Of a DNA stretch of 64,000 nt, positions 9,950-17,512 are shown piece by piece (position 1 is the first letter of the stretch; each line of letters starts with the position of its first letter). The position numbers were made by a program, and so were the translations under genes. The notes under the pieces were generated by a model. It ran no database searches. It was not told the origin of the DNA and was given only the letters and a program-made list of their open reading frames with translations. Source of the DNA: a virus; IMG/VR virus record IMGVR_UViG_3300048591_000348, positions 15,920 to 79,919 of that record; one strand, 5' to 3'.

Positions 9950-10106
9950 GATTCTCAAGACGCGACGATCGGGATGCCCAAGCGCTGGACGCAAGGACTT
10001 CTGACCGACGAGCGCAGGGAAACGGCTCGCATTGTTCCTGGGCACCTCCCTAATTGAGACCGATCCCTGTGACGTGGGGCTACCTACGGCACAGGGAGTG
10101 AGAGAC

Positions 10107-10388
10107 ATGGCACGACGCAAAGCTGTGCAGTCTGGCAACGCGGTGACGACGCAATCGGCATCGTGGAAAAGCCTTCTCGGGGCCGTCGCTTTCGGGCGCG
10201 GGTTCAAGGAGGTGCACGCCGGCCTGCCCTTCAATTCTGACGCCATCGAGTCGCGATGGCATTGGCACTACGAGCGCGGGCGCCTCTTCGGTGTGGTCTA
10301 CAAGGGCCAACTCAAGGAGGGGCGCACGGTTCTCCGGGCGGCAATCTACGCCGCTCAGATCGCCTACCGCGACAAGGTGTTCACCTAA
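10107..10388 (+). CDS. hypothetical protein
   Basis: AGGGAG SD; QWxYERGR-like motif (WHYERGRLFG). Confidence 0.7.
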   Translation: MARRKAVQSGNAVTTQSASWKSLLGAVAFGRGFKEVHAGLPFNSDAIESRWHWHYERGRLFGVVYKGQLKEGRTVLRAAIYAAQIAYRDKVFT

Positions 10389-10473
10389 TGCCGAGGCCCT
10401 TCGGGGCCTCACCTCACAGGGATCGGTTGACCATCGCCTTCTGCGTGAGGCTTCACGCTAGGAGGACTGGGAA

Positions 10474-10791
10474 ATGAACGTCATCGACGTAACGATCAAT
10501 GATCGTGAAATTCCGGCCGGCAAGGTCTTGATCGCCAAGAGCAAGCCCGAGGGCGAGCCTTTCGCCAGAGAGCACGAGCTGGACAGCAAGATCGGCTGGA
10601 AGAACTCGGATCTGGGGCGCCCTCGGCAAGTTCGGCTGGTAGGCCGGGTTGCTGGGTGGAACCTCGCCGGGTCGATGCTGCGGTGGGACAATGGCGCTTA
10701 CGGCGTCATCTGGGACATCGACGGATCGAGGCACGGTCGCTGGTACAAGAAGTTCGAGGAAGCGGTCGAGCACTTCAATCGCATCCCTTGA
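10474..10791 (+). CDS. hypothetical protein
   Basis: AGGAGG SD, 105 aa. Confidence 0.75.
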   Translation: MNVIDVTINDREIPAGKVLIAKSKPEGEPFAREHELDSKIGWKNSDLGRPRQVRLVGRVAGWNLAGSMLRWDNGAYGVIWDIDGSRHGRWYKKFEEAVEHFNRIP

Positions 10792-10880
10792 ACCTCCGAG
10801 GCCCATACGGGCCTCACCCCGAAGGCGATGAATATCCCATCATTCCATGAGGGCATCCTGCCCTTCGGAGGGAATGACAA

Positions 10881-11228
10881 ATGCAAACATTGTCTTTGAG
10901 GCTGACGCATTCCTACGTCGGGACATGGCAGCACCTGGACAAGTGGGAGGGTCTGGGCTCGATCGATGAGATCGGCTCAAGAGAACTCCCGCTGAACGAG
11001 GAACAGGAGAACGATCACTGCGAGCCGAAAGGCCGCGAAGTGTTCTGCCTCGTCACTTCGGAAGCCGAGGATGCGAAGATCATCTGCGCGCTTCACGACA
11101 CCTACACCCAATGGGGTTGCTCGCACGAATACGACTGCTGCGGCTGCCGGAGCTACACGGCTCAGGACGTCAAGCGGGTGACGGGCAATCTCTGGCGGGT
11201 CGAGGTCTGGTCCTCTCGGAACTACTAA
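10881..11228 (+). CDS. hypothetical Cys-rich protein
   Basis: GGAGG SD; CSHEYDCCGC motif. Confidence 0.75.
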   Translation: MQTLSLRLTHSYVGTWQHLDKWEGLGSIDEIGSRELPLNEEQENDHCEPKGREVFCLVTSEAEDAKIICALHDTYTQWGCSHEYDCCGCRSYTAQDVKRVTGNLWRVEVWSSRNY

Positions 11229-11316
11229 CCTCCAAGGCACCCGGCAACGGGTGTCCTCATGGGATGATGGGAAATTCCCCGAGACCTTCGCTGGCAGTGA
11301 GCCGACGCGGAGGAAG

Positions 11317-11526
11317 ATGATGACCAGGGACAAGGAATTGAACCTGATCTGGAAACACACGCACCCGGACTTTCGCGGGAAGATCGACGGCAAGCGATAC
11401 GTCCTATGCTGGATTGAAGGCAGCGGGACATGCAGCGTGCCACTCGAAAGCCTTCCCGAGAAAGAGCACCAATCAAAGTTGGGCTACGCTCAACGACGGG
11501 AGGCGCGGGGCGAGCGCGGATACTGA
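11317..11526 (+). CDS. hypothetical protein
   Basis: GGAGG SD; IWKHTHPDFRG motif. Confidence 0.7.
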   Translation: MMTRDKELNLIWKHTHPDFRGKIDGKRYVLCWIEGSGTCSVPLESLPEKEHQSKLGYAQRREARGERGY

Positions 11527-11616
11527 TTATGGGTTGCCCGGGAGACCGGGCTGCCTGCCAAGGTCTCGGGAAACTGTGCCTCCTGATGGGCGATCCTGCC
11601 CTACCGGGAGAGCGAC

Positions 11617-11730
11617 ATGGCCAAGTTTCACTTCATCGCCGTTCCGCTGATCAAGATCGAGCGCGGCCCCTACTGGGGACGCGGCAGCCCGGACGTTGTT
11701 GCCGTCCCTGCGAACAAACTGCAACCCTGA
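11617..11730 (+). CDS. small hypothetical protein (37 aa)
   Basis: GGGAG SD; MAKFHFIAVPLIKIERGPYW...; below the ORF-track cutoff. Confidence 0.5.
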   Translation: MAKFHFIAVPLIKIERGPYWGRGSPDVVAVPANKLQP

Positions 11731-11840
11731 GCCTACTGGCCCGCCCCGAGAAATCGGCAAGCGGGGCTGAGGTGGTAGAGACAGAGGCGCGGCGGCTAAA
11801 CGTCACCCGCAATGACGACTAGCACAGGGAGACAGATGAT

Positions 11841-12149
11841 ATGGCCGGCAAGCCCTCAATCCCCGCGGGCGTGCATCGTCGCATCCGGCAACTCCACTCT
11901 CGCGGCATGACGCAGAGCGCCATTGCCGAGGCCGTCGGATGCTCAAGATATACCGTGTGCAAGGCGATCAATCCGGATTTCGCGGAGCAAGAGCGGCAAC
12001 GTCACCGCCGCATGGGCCGCGATCGCTATGTCGCCCGGAAAGACGATCCCGACTATATCTCTTATCAGAGTGCCTGGAACACCACGCCAGAGCGGCTGCG
12101 CAAAGTGCGCGAGGGCATGCGGCGACTCCGGAAATCCAGACAGGCATGA
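11841..12149 (+). CDS. HTH DNA-binding protein
   Basis: GMTQSAIAEAVGCSRYTV. Confidence 0.7.
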   Translation: MAGKPSIPAGVHRRIRQLHSRGMTQSAIAEAVGCSRYTVCKAINPDFAEQERQRHRRMGRDRYVARKDDPDYISYQSAWNTTPERLRKVREGMRRLRKSRQA

Positions 12150-12290
12150 GCACGCCCATCAGGGCAATCCTCGCCTCCCAGCCGAAAGGCCGCGGGAGGC
12201 GAAGCGCGTAGAAGACCATGAAACTAACAGAGGCCGGTTGCTGGCTAGAGCGACCGGCCTCCTTGTGCGCGTCGAGACGGAGCACTCAGG

Positions 12291-12461
12291 ATGCACCCAT
12301 ATCTCTACACGCTGGAAGTATTCCGTAACGGAGAGTGGATCGTTGTCAAGAGCGGGCTTTCCGCAACTCTCGCTGCCTTTGGATCAGCACTAGCGATGCT
12401 CAAAGAGCCGGGAGAACTGTGGAGAGCTGTTAGAGAGGACGGCGACGTTTTCTACCCGTGA
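12291..12461 (+). CDS. small hypothetical protein (56 aa)
   Basis: GGAG SD; MHPYLYTLEVFRNGEW... Confidence 0.55.
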   Translation: MHPYLYTLEVFRNGEWIVVKSGLSATLAAFGSALAMLKEPGELWRAVREDGDVFYP

Positions 12462-12540
12462 CCAATGCGTGAGCTTGTAAGGAATGCTTACAGGTTCGTC
12501 CCGCGCGCCCTGCCAGCGACAACAGCAGGAGAAAGCGCCC

Positions 12541-12675
12541 ATGCCCGACATCACGATCAAACGGTATGACGGATGGTGGTATTGCCTCGTGAATGGCCAA
12601 CGCGAACGCTTTGGCTATTCGACGGTCGCAGGCGCCATAGATCGGTACTACGCGATCGTAGAAGGCTGGATCTGA
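12541..12675 (+). CDS. small hypothetical protein (44 aa)
   Basis: AGGAG SD; MPDITIKRYDGWWY... Confidence 0.55.
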   Translation: MPDITIKRYDGWWYCLVNGQRERFGYSTVAGAIDRYYAIVEGWI

Positions 12676-12874
12676 CCGGCTGGGCGAGGCTTTCGGGCCT
12701 CACCTCGCTCGCAGGGCGCGCGGGATTTTTTGCAAAGGCCGAAACCATTGCCATCCGGCTGTGGTCGCGGAGTAATTCTCCGCCTGAAGATGGCCACTTT
12801 AGATCGACACCGGCCCACCTCGGGCCTCGGTGCGGCAAACACCGAGAGGTGGGCCAGAGTCAAGACTGATCACA

Positions 12875-13948
12875 ATGCACACATCTAGCACACGATGGCG
12901 AATCTCGCCACTGGGGTGGATCGCGCTATCCCTCGGGATCGCGGCCGAATCCGCCTCAAACGCGCTCCGAGCCTACGGGCTTGGTGCGTTCCTCGATCGC
13001 TTCGCGGTACACATCCAGGGGCACACGGTCTCGCTTGCGGGGTCCGTCCTAGTGCTGGCCGCCATCGCGATCTCACTCGCCCAGGCCAGAGCGGCCTGGG
13101 TCGCGCTCTCCCCAGGGCGCCCCATCAGTCAGCGTATCGTAGCGGGCTTCGCAGCCGCACTACTCGTCTCGATCTCGATCACGGCCCTTGCTTCTCATGT
13201 TCTCGATGCGCAACGAGCCAAGGGCGGTAGAGAGACAGCGGCCAGTCAATCGTACAGTAGAGCGAAGGCTGCGCACGACAAAGTCGTCGCCGAAATGCAA
13301 TCGCTTGGCGAGACGCGTCCAGTATCCGTGATCCAGGCCGAGATTGCCTCGGCCCAGATCGACATGGTTGTGTGGCGTCGATCGGCCCAATGCAGTGACA
13401 TCAGTCGCGAGGACACAAAAAAACTCTGCGGGCCAATCCTCACGCTTTACAAGGAGCGTGGCGCCGCCGCACGCAAGCTCGAGCTTGAACCCGAAGTCGC
13501 GCATCTGCGGGAACAACTCTCAAGCATGACGCCGCCCGTCGAAGCCAAGACGGCTTCGGAGGAAGCGATGTCCATGTGGTGGGCGTGGATCATGGGACTC
13601 GGCGTGGTGTATCTCGCCACATTCGGATCCGTGATTTACGCCAACGAAGTAACAGTCACAGAGCGGGAGCTTCCAAACCTTCCGCCACCGCCCTCAGCAA
13701 AGATCGTGGAAGACGACAGCCCGCCATCCGGCGGCGAATGCCGTCCGAAGACGAGAGAGGAAGCACTCGCCGACCTGCGGCAGCTTCTGAAGGCGGGACA
13801 CAGCCCGCCGTCTCAGGAGTGGCTTAGGGCGCGCTGGCAGGTGGGCTCAAAAGGCACGGTCTCAAAATGGCTTCGCCTTTGGGAGGACACTGCTCAGATG
13901 CCGGGGAGCCGGATGGTCGAAGGGCGCTGCAAGACCGTAGTCGCGTAA
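12875..13948 (+). CDS. membrane protein with coiled coil and C-terminal HTH
   Basis: Three N-terminal hydrophobic helices, a fourth near the C-terminus, then SQEWLRARWQVGSKGTVSKWL. Confidence 0.7.
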   Translation: MHTSSTRWRISPLGWIALSLGIAAESASNALRAYGLGAFLDRFAVHIQGHTVSLAGSVLVLAAIAISLAQARAAWVALSPGRPISQRIVAGFAAALLVSISITALASHVLDAQRAKGGRETAASQSYSRAKAAHDKVVAEMQSLGETRPVSVIQAEIASAQIDMVVWRRSAQCSDISREDTKKLCGPILTLYKERGAAARKLELEPEVAHLREQLSSMTPPVEAKTASEEAMSMWWAWIMGLGVVYLATFGSVIYANEVTVTERELPNLPPPPSAKIVEDDSPPSGGECRPKTREEALADLRQLLKAGHSPPSQEWLRARWQVGSKGTVSKWLRLWEDTAQMPGSRMVEGRCKTVVA

Positions 13949-13955
13949 GCATTAG

Positions 13956-13990
13956 GGCCGCCACGGGAAACCGTGAGCGGCCTTTTTTTG
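13956..13990 (+). terminator. intrinsic terminator
   Basis: GGCCGC-CACGG/CCGTG-A-GCGGCC stem plus T7. Confidence 0.75.
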
Positions 13991-14010
13991 TTTCTGCCAG
14001 CGCGACATGC

Positions 14011-14562
14011 CTACGCCGCCCTAACAGCCGCTCCCACCGACCCATCGAGGTCGCGGTCGATCGTTGCCAGCGCCCGCCGGATCCTCACAATAGACGCCAA
14101 ACTCGCGTTCGGCTTTGTCGCCACTCTGATCCGCTCGTCGGACCATCCCTTGGCATAGACGTACCGGCCCGTTTTGATTTGCCCATGACGCATCAGCAGC
14201 AGCGTCGCCTTCGCACAGTCGACGTTCGTGAGGCGAGCGGATCTCGATCCCCTGGTAGTCGGCGGTTGCTCCGCAAGATCCGGGAACAAATCAATCGTCT
14301 CGGATGATTGCAGCATGGATTCCGCCTCGGCCTTGTCCGCCCCGATCTTGCGAAGCGCCCGCCGCACGCGACCAACAACCCCAGCGACGTCATGCTTCGA
14401 CGCAGAGCGACTGAAATAAACACGCTCGACAGCCTCGCCCAGCGCAAGAACCGCTTCGCCTGCGCGATCCGACGTGCGCCATGATAGCGTCACGCCGAGA
14501 GGAATGTACCGAGATATCTCACTCGTTATCGCGTCGCGGATCTTGCGTTCGGCAGCGAGCAT
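14011..14562 (-). CDS. hypothetical protein
   Basis: 183-aa ORF coupled to the methyltransferase beta-frame stop. Confidence 0.55.
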   Translation of the reverse strand: MLAAERKIRDAITSEISRYIPLGVTLSWRTSDRAGEAVLALGEAVERVYFSRSASKHDVAGVVGRVRRALRKIGADKAEAESMLQSSETIDLFPDLAEQPPTTRGSRSARLTNVDCAKATLLLMRHGQIKTGRYVYAKGWSDERIRVATKPNASLASIVRIRRALATIDRDLDGSVGAAVRAA

Positions 14563-15770
14563 TATAGTAGCTCCATCTGGCGCATCTCAGGGGTTGCCTC
14601 TGGCGCGGGCTCGTAATTCCAGCTCAGCTCGGAGAGCGCGGTACGCTGCCGCTGCAGCCAGCGGGACCACGCCATTGCCGGTGGCTCGCAGCCGGTCGGC
14701 TCGAGCTGCAGCGATCCAGGCGTCGGGATCGTCCAACACCGCGGCCAGCCCATCAGCCACTCGACGAACTCGGGGGAGAGCCGGAGCGAGGAGGGGCTCG
14801 TTATCGATGATTTTGGCCCATCGCTCGCGCTCTCCGGGTCCGGGCGGATAGAGGGGCAGTCGAAAGCCTCCGCCTGGCCCTCTATCGTCAACCGCTTGGC
14901 TTTCGTTCCCGGATCGCGGGTATATCCGCCGCGAACGGTTCGTGGCGCCTTCCAGAGGTGCTCGACGAAGTTCGGCAGTTGTTGACCGCGCTCCGAACCC
15001 GCGTTTCTCCGGTCCTGACTGTCCTGGCTGTTCGGCGCCCGCCAATCCCTCGATGCCGGTGTCGGCCAATCTCTTTTCGCGGTCGCTTCCAAAGCCCATT
15101 CCGCATCCGCAACCTTCGCCGCAATCGTCAACGGCATCCCTGCACCATTGCCGTTGATGCCCATCGCCTTCAGCGCGACCTGGCGCGCCCTGAAGGTTTC
15201 CGGCGACTCGTCGTCGTTCGTCAGTGCCGCCGACGGCGTGGGCCAAGATAAAGATCCGCTCGCGCTCGTGGCTCGCGCCCGTTTCTGCCGCGCTCTGTAA
15301 TCGCGCCGCAATCTCGAAACCAAGGCGCGATAGCTCTCTGTGGACGACGTCGAAGCCGAGGCTGAGATGTCCGCCGACGTTCTCGAGGAATACCCACTGC
15401 GGCCGGACCTGGACGATGATCCGCCGGACGTGCGGCCAGAGGTGGCGCTCGTCGCGCGCGCCAAGCCGCTTGCCTGCGGTCGAGAACGGCTGGCACGGGA
15501 AGCCCGCAGTGAGGATATCCACGCATCCACGCCAGCGTCGGCCATCGAAGGTTTTGATGTCGTCCCAGATAGGAGCTTGACCCAGGGCCTGATCCGCCAT
15601 CCTGGCCACGAGAGTGGCCGCAGCGAAGGCTTCCCGCTCGACGTAACACACAGTGCGATAGCGAGGCTCGGCGATGTGCAGCCCGAGGTCGAGACCTCCG
15701 ACGCCCGAGCATAGGGAGAGCCCAAGGAGGTCTCCGGCTTGAGATGCGGAGGAATGTGGAGCCACGCCAT
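14562..15770 (-). CDS. overlapping-frame C5 methyltransferase beta polypeptide (start uncertain)
   Basis: Same strand, shifted frame; WPTP repeats and motif IX-like RLSPEFVEWLMGWP. Confidence 0.65.
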   Translation of the reverse strand: MAWLHIPPHLKPETSLGSPYARASEVSTSGCTSPSLAIALCVTSSGKPSLRPLSWPGWRIRPWVKLLSGTTSKPSMADAGVDAWISSLRASRASRSRPQASGLARATSATSGRTSGGSSSRSGRSGYSSRTSADISASASTSSTESYRALVSRLRRDYRARQKRARATSASGSLSWPTPSAALTNDDESPETFRARQVALKAMGINGNGAGMPLTIAAKVADAEWALEATAKRDWPTPASRDWRAPNSQDSQDRRNAGSERGQQLPNFVEHLWKAPRTVRGGYTRDPGTKAKRLTIEGQAEAFDCPSIRPDPESASDGPKSSITSPSSLRLSPEFVEWLMGWPRCWTIPTPGSLQLEPTGCEPPAMAWSRWLQRQRTALSELSWNYEPAPEATPEMRQMELL

Positions 15771-15780
15771 CGACCGTCAC
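14587..15780 (-). CDS. DNA (cytosine-5) methyltransferase, alpha polypeptide
   Basis: Motif I LCSGVGG, motif IV GFPCQ, motif VI ENV, motif VIII RERIF, motif X GNGVVP. Confidence 0.9.
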   Translation of the reverse strand: MTVDGVAPHSSASQAGDLLGLSLCSGVGGLDLGLHIAEPRYRTVCYVEREAFAAATLVARMADQALGQAPIWDDIKTFDGRRWRGCVDILTAGFPCQPFSTAGKRLGARDERHLWPHVRRIIVQVRPQWVFLENVGGHLSLGFDVVHRELSRLGFEIAARLQSAAETGASHERERIFILAHAVGGTDERRRVAGNLQGAPGRAEGDGHQRQWCRDAVDDCGEGCGCGMGFGSDREKRLADTGIEGLAGAEQPGQSGPEKRGFGARSTTAELRRAPLEGATNRSRRIYPRSGNESQAVDDRGPGGGFRLPLYPPGPGERERWAKIIDNEPLLAPALPRVRRVADGLAAVLDDPDAWIAAARADRLRATGNGVVPLAAAAAYRALRAELELRARARGNP

Positions 15781-16037
15781 CCCGCCCCCCCCTGCTCCGA
15801 AAGAGCTGCTTCTAATCCGATTAGAACCTCTTCCAGCGCCTGCCGCGAAACGCCCACTTCGCATCCGTCCATATCCAACTGGCGCTGGTTATGCTTGAGA
15901 TTGTCGATTGCGCCTTTGTAAATACCATCGATGTAAGCGAGGCGAGCCTCCAGGCGTTCGATGGCCATGCCGCGGCGATCCATCTCAGCCACGATCTCGT
16001 CGATGCTGGATTGGCGGGAAATGTTGATAATGCTCAT
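15777..16037 (-). CDS. hypothetical coiled-coil protein
   Basis: QLDMDGCEVGVSRQAL motif; SD present. Confidence 0.55.
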   Translation of the reverse strand: MSIINISRQSSIDEIVAEMDRRGMAIERLEARLAYIDGIYKGAIDNLKHNQRQLDMDGCEVGVSRQALEEVLIGLEAALSEQGGAG

Positions 16038-16038
16038 G

Positions 16039-16299
16039 TTATTCGGCTCCTGTTGGTCCATCGAATCCGTCCGGCCGCAAGTCCGAGGGAACGGGTTTTT
16101 TTGGTGGATCGGGGATCGGCATCCAGCCGTATGGCTCGTGATTCGGATGCACCGGGCCGTTGGCCCACGTCCACCGCTGCTGCCCCGTGTCCTCATCGAT
16201 CAGCATAATCGCTTCGCCAACGACATTTTTAGATGTCGCGAGGAGGACGAATGTGTCTTCCGGAGCGGTATCTATTGATCTCCAAAATCCAAGCATATC
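16039..16299 (-). CDS. DUF551-like phage protein
   Basis: WRSIDTAP...WMPIPDPP. Confidence 0.65.
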   Translation of the reverse strand, partial: DMLGFWRSIDTAPEDTFVLLATSKNVVGEAIMLIDEDTGQQRWTWANGPVHPNHEPYGWMPIPDPPKKPVPSDLRPDGFDGPTGAE

Positions 16300-16303
16300 T
16301 CCG

Positions 16304-16807
16304 TTAACCTCCCGTATTTTCCCGGCTTTCCAGATTTGCATCAATCTTGCCGATCCCGCCGACCATCCAGCACGGCGGTCTCGGAATATCGGATCTTGTC
16401 GGTCGCCACAAATGCAAGCAATTCGGGTGGTCGTTGATGTGGTCCCGCGACGGGACGTGCAACTGCATTACGGTCGCGTCAGGACCGAAGAATAGATTTT
16501 TGATTGCCGACATTTCCGGCCAGTTCGGGCACCGGTTCTTCCTGGATACGCTTACGTGCTCCCATCCTGCGCCAACGGACGCAATTATCCTCAGTTTGCC
16601 TCCATCGATCGGCGACGGAATCTCGAACGCTCCGCACGTGTCGTCGCCGACCCACCCGTAGTGGCGAACAATTTCTGGGCCGCGCATACGATAAGCATCT
16701 AGTTTATTAAGATCTCTCAATCTCCCCTCCCCTTGCCTTGGCGAGAGCGGTCTCTGCATTTTTCCAGACGTCTCGTAATTCGTCAGGAACTTCGCCGCCC
16801 TTCGCAA
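16304..16807 (-). CDS. conserved phage hypothetical protein (start uncertain)
   Basis: WEHVSVS..RCPNWPEM...HPNCLHLWRP motif. Confidence 0.7.
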   Translation of the reverse strand: MRRAAKFLTNYETSGKMQRPLSPRQGEGRLRDLNKLDAYRMRGPEIVRHYGWVGDDTCGAFEIPSPIDGGKLRIIASVGAGWEHVSVSRKNRCPNWPEMSAIKNLFFGPDATVMQLHVPSRDHINDHPNCLHLWRPTRSDIPRPPCWMVGGIGKIDANLESRENTGG

Positions 16808-17048
16808 GCTGCCAATTCCTATATGCTAGGCATCCGCGAAGCGCTTCTAGAAGCTCAGGCGCGGCAGCCACGAGAGACGCATTTGCCTCGCCTTCCGGAT
16901 ACGCTTCGCATTCAATCTCGACGACGACTTGGGCAAGGCCGTAATGCCTGCGAGGGCCATCTGGCGATGAGATGCCGATGTAACCGGGGGCGGATTCGCA
17001 ACCCGAATCCAGGCGCCATGGCCCTGGCGTATATGCTGCCTTCTTCAT
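16707..17048 (-). CDS. conserved phage hypothetical protein
   Basis: YTPGPW...ANASLVAAAPELLEAL motif. Confidence 0.7.
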   Translation of the reverse strand: MKKAAYTPGPWRLDSGCESAPGYIGISSPDGPRRHYGLAQVVVEIECEAYPEGEANASLVAAAPELLEALRGCLAYRNWQLAKGGEVPDELRDVWKNAETALAKARGGEIERS

Positions 17049-17512
17049 CAAGAGTTCTCCTGCCGGATACCCCGGCGTTTAGGCCGGGGAGGAGGCAGGC
17101 CCCCGCCCGTGCCGCTTGCTCTCTGCTGTTCCACGTACTGGCGGATGATCGAGATCGGGGCGCCGCCGCACGATGCCGCGAAGTAGCTGGCGCTCCAAAG
17201 GACGCCCTTGACGTACCTCCCACTAATCTCCGGCCGCATGCGGCGCAGACGATAACTCGACGCACCTTTGAGGCTGTTGACCAGTTTGGAGATGGAGACC
17301 TTGGGCGGATACTCGACCAGGAGGTGCACGTGGTCGTCCTCGCCGTCGCACTCGATTAACTTGGCCTCAAAGTCCCGGCAGACCTTCGCGAAGATTTCCC
17401 GAAGGTCTCGGATGGCCAGATCGCTCAGCACGTCGCGGCGGTATTTCGTGACGAAGACCAGATGCACATGAAGCGCAAAAACACAATGTCTGCCGGTTCG
17501 ATATGGTTGCAT
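17048..17512 (-). CDS. tnpA: IS200-like Y1 (HUH) transposase
   Basis: HLVFVTKYRR, DHVHLL (HUH), LKGASS, IRQYVEQQ (catalytic Tyr). Confidence 0.95.
   Translation of the reverse strand: MQPYRTGRHCVFALHVHLVFVTKYRRDVLSDLAIRDLREIFAKVCRDFEAKLIECDGEDDHVHLLVEYPPKVSISKLVNSLKGASSYRLRRMRPEISGRYVKGVLWSASYFAASCGGAPISIIRQYVEQQRASGTGGGLPPPRPKRRGIRQENS

Larger units (their letters stand above)
10059..12726 (+). repeat. chain of long-range inverted-repeat arm pairs, each enclosing a gene
   Basis: Arm pairs: 10059-80/10406-27, 10432-51/10811-30, 10831-57/11250-76, 11278-97/11555-70, 11582-92/12153-63, 12498-519/12705-26. Confidence 0.85.

Noticed and set aside
9990-10030. Hammerhead ribozyme (CTGACCGA...GAAA)
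   Set aside because: The core does not match CUGANGA and the three stems cannot be built
12169-12689. Additional petal 12169-84/12677-89
   Set aside because: Short, bulged, competes with a strong local hairpin (12171-202) and crosses the better 12498/12705 pair; not counted
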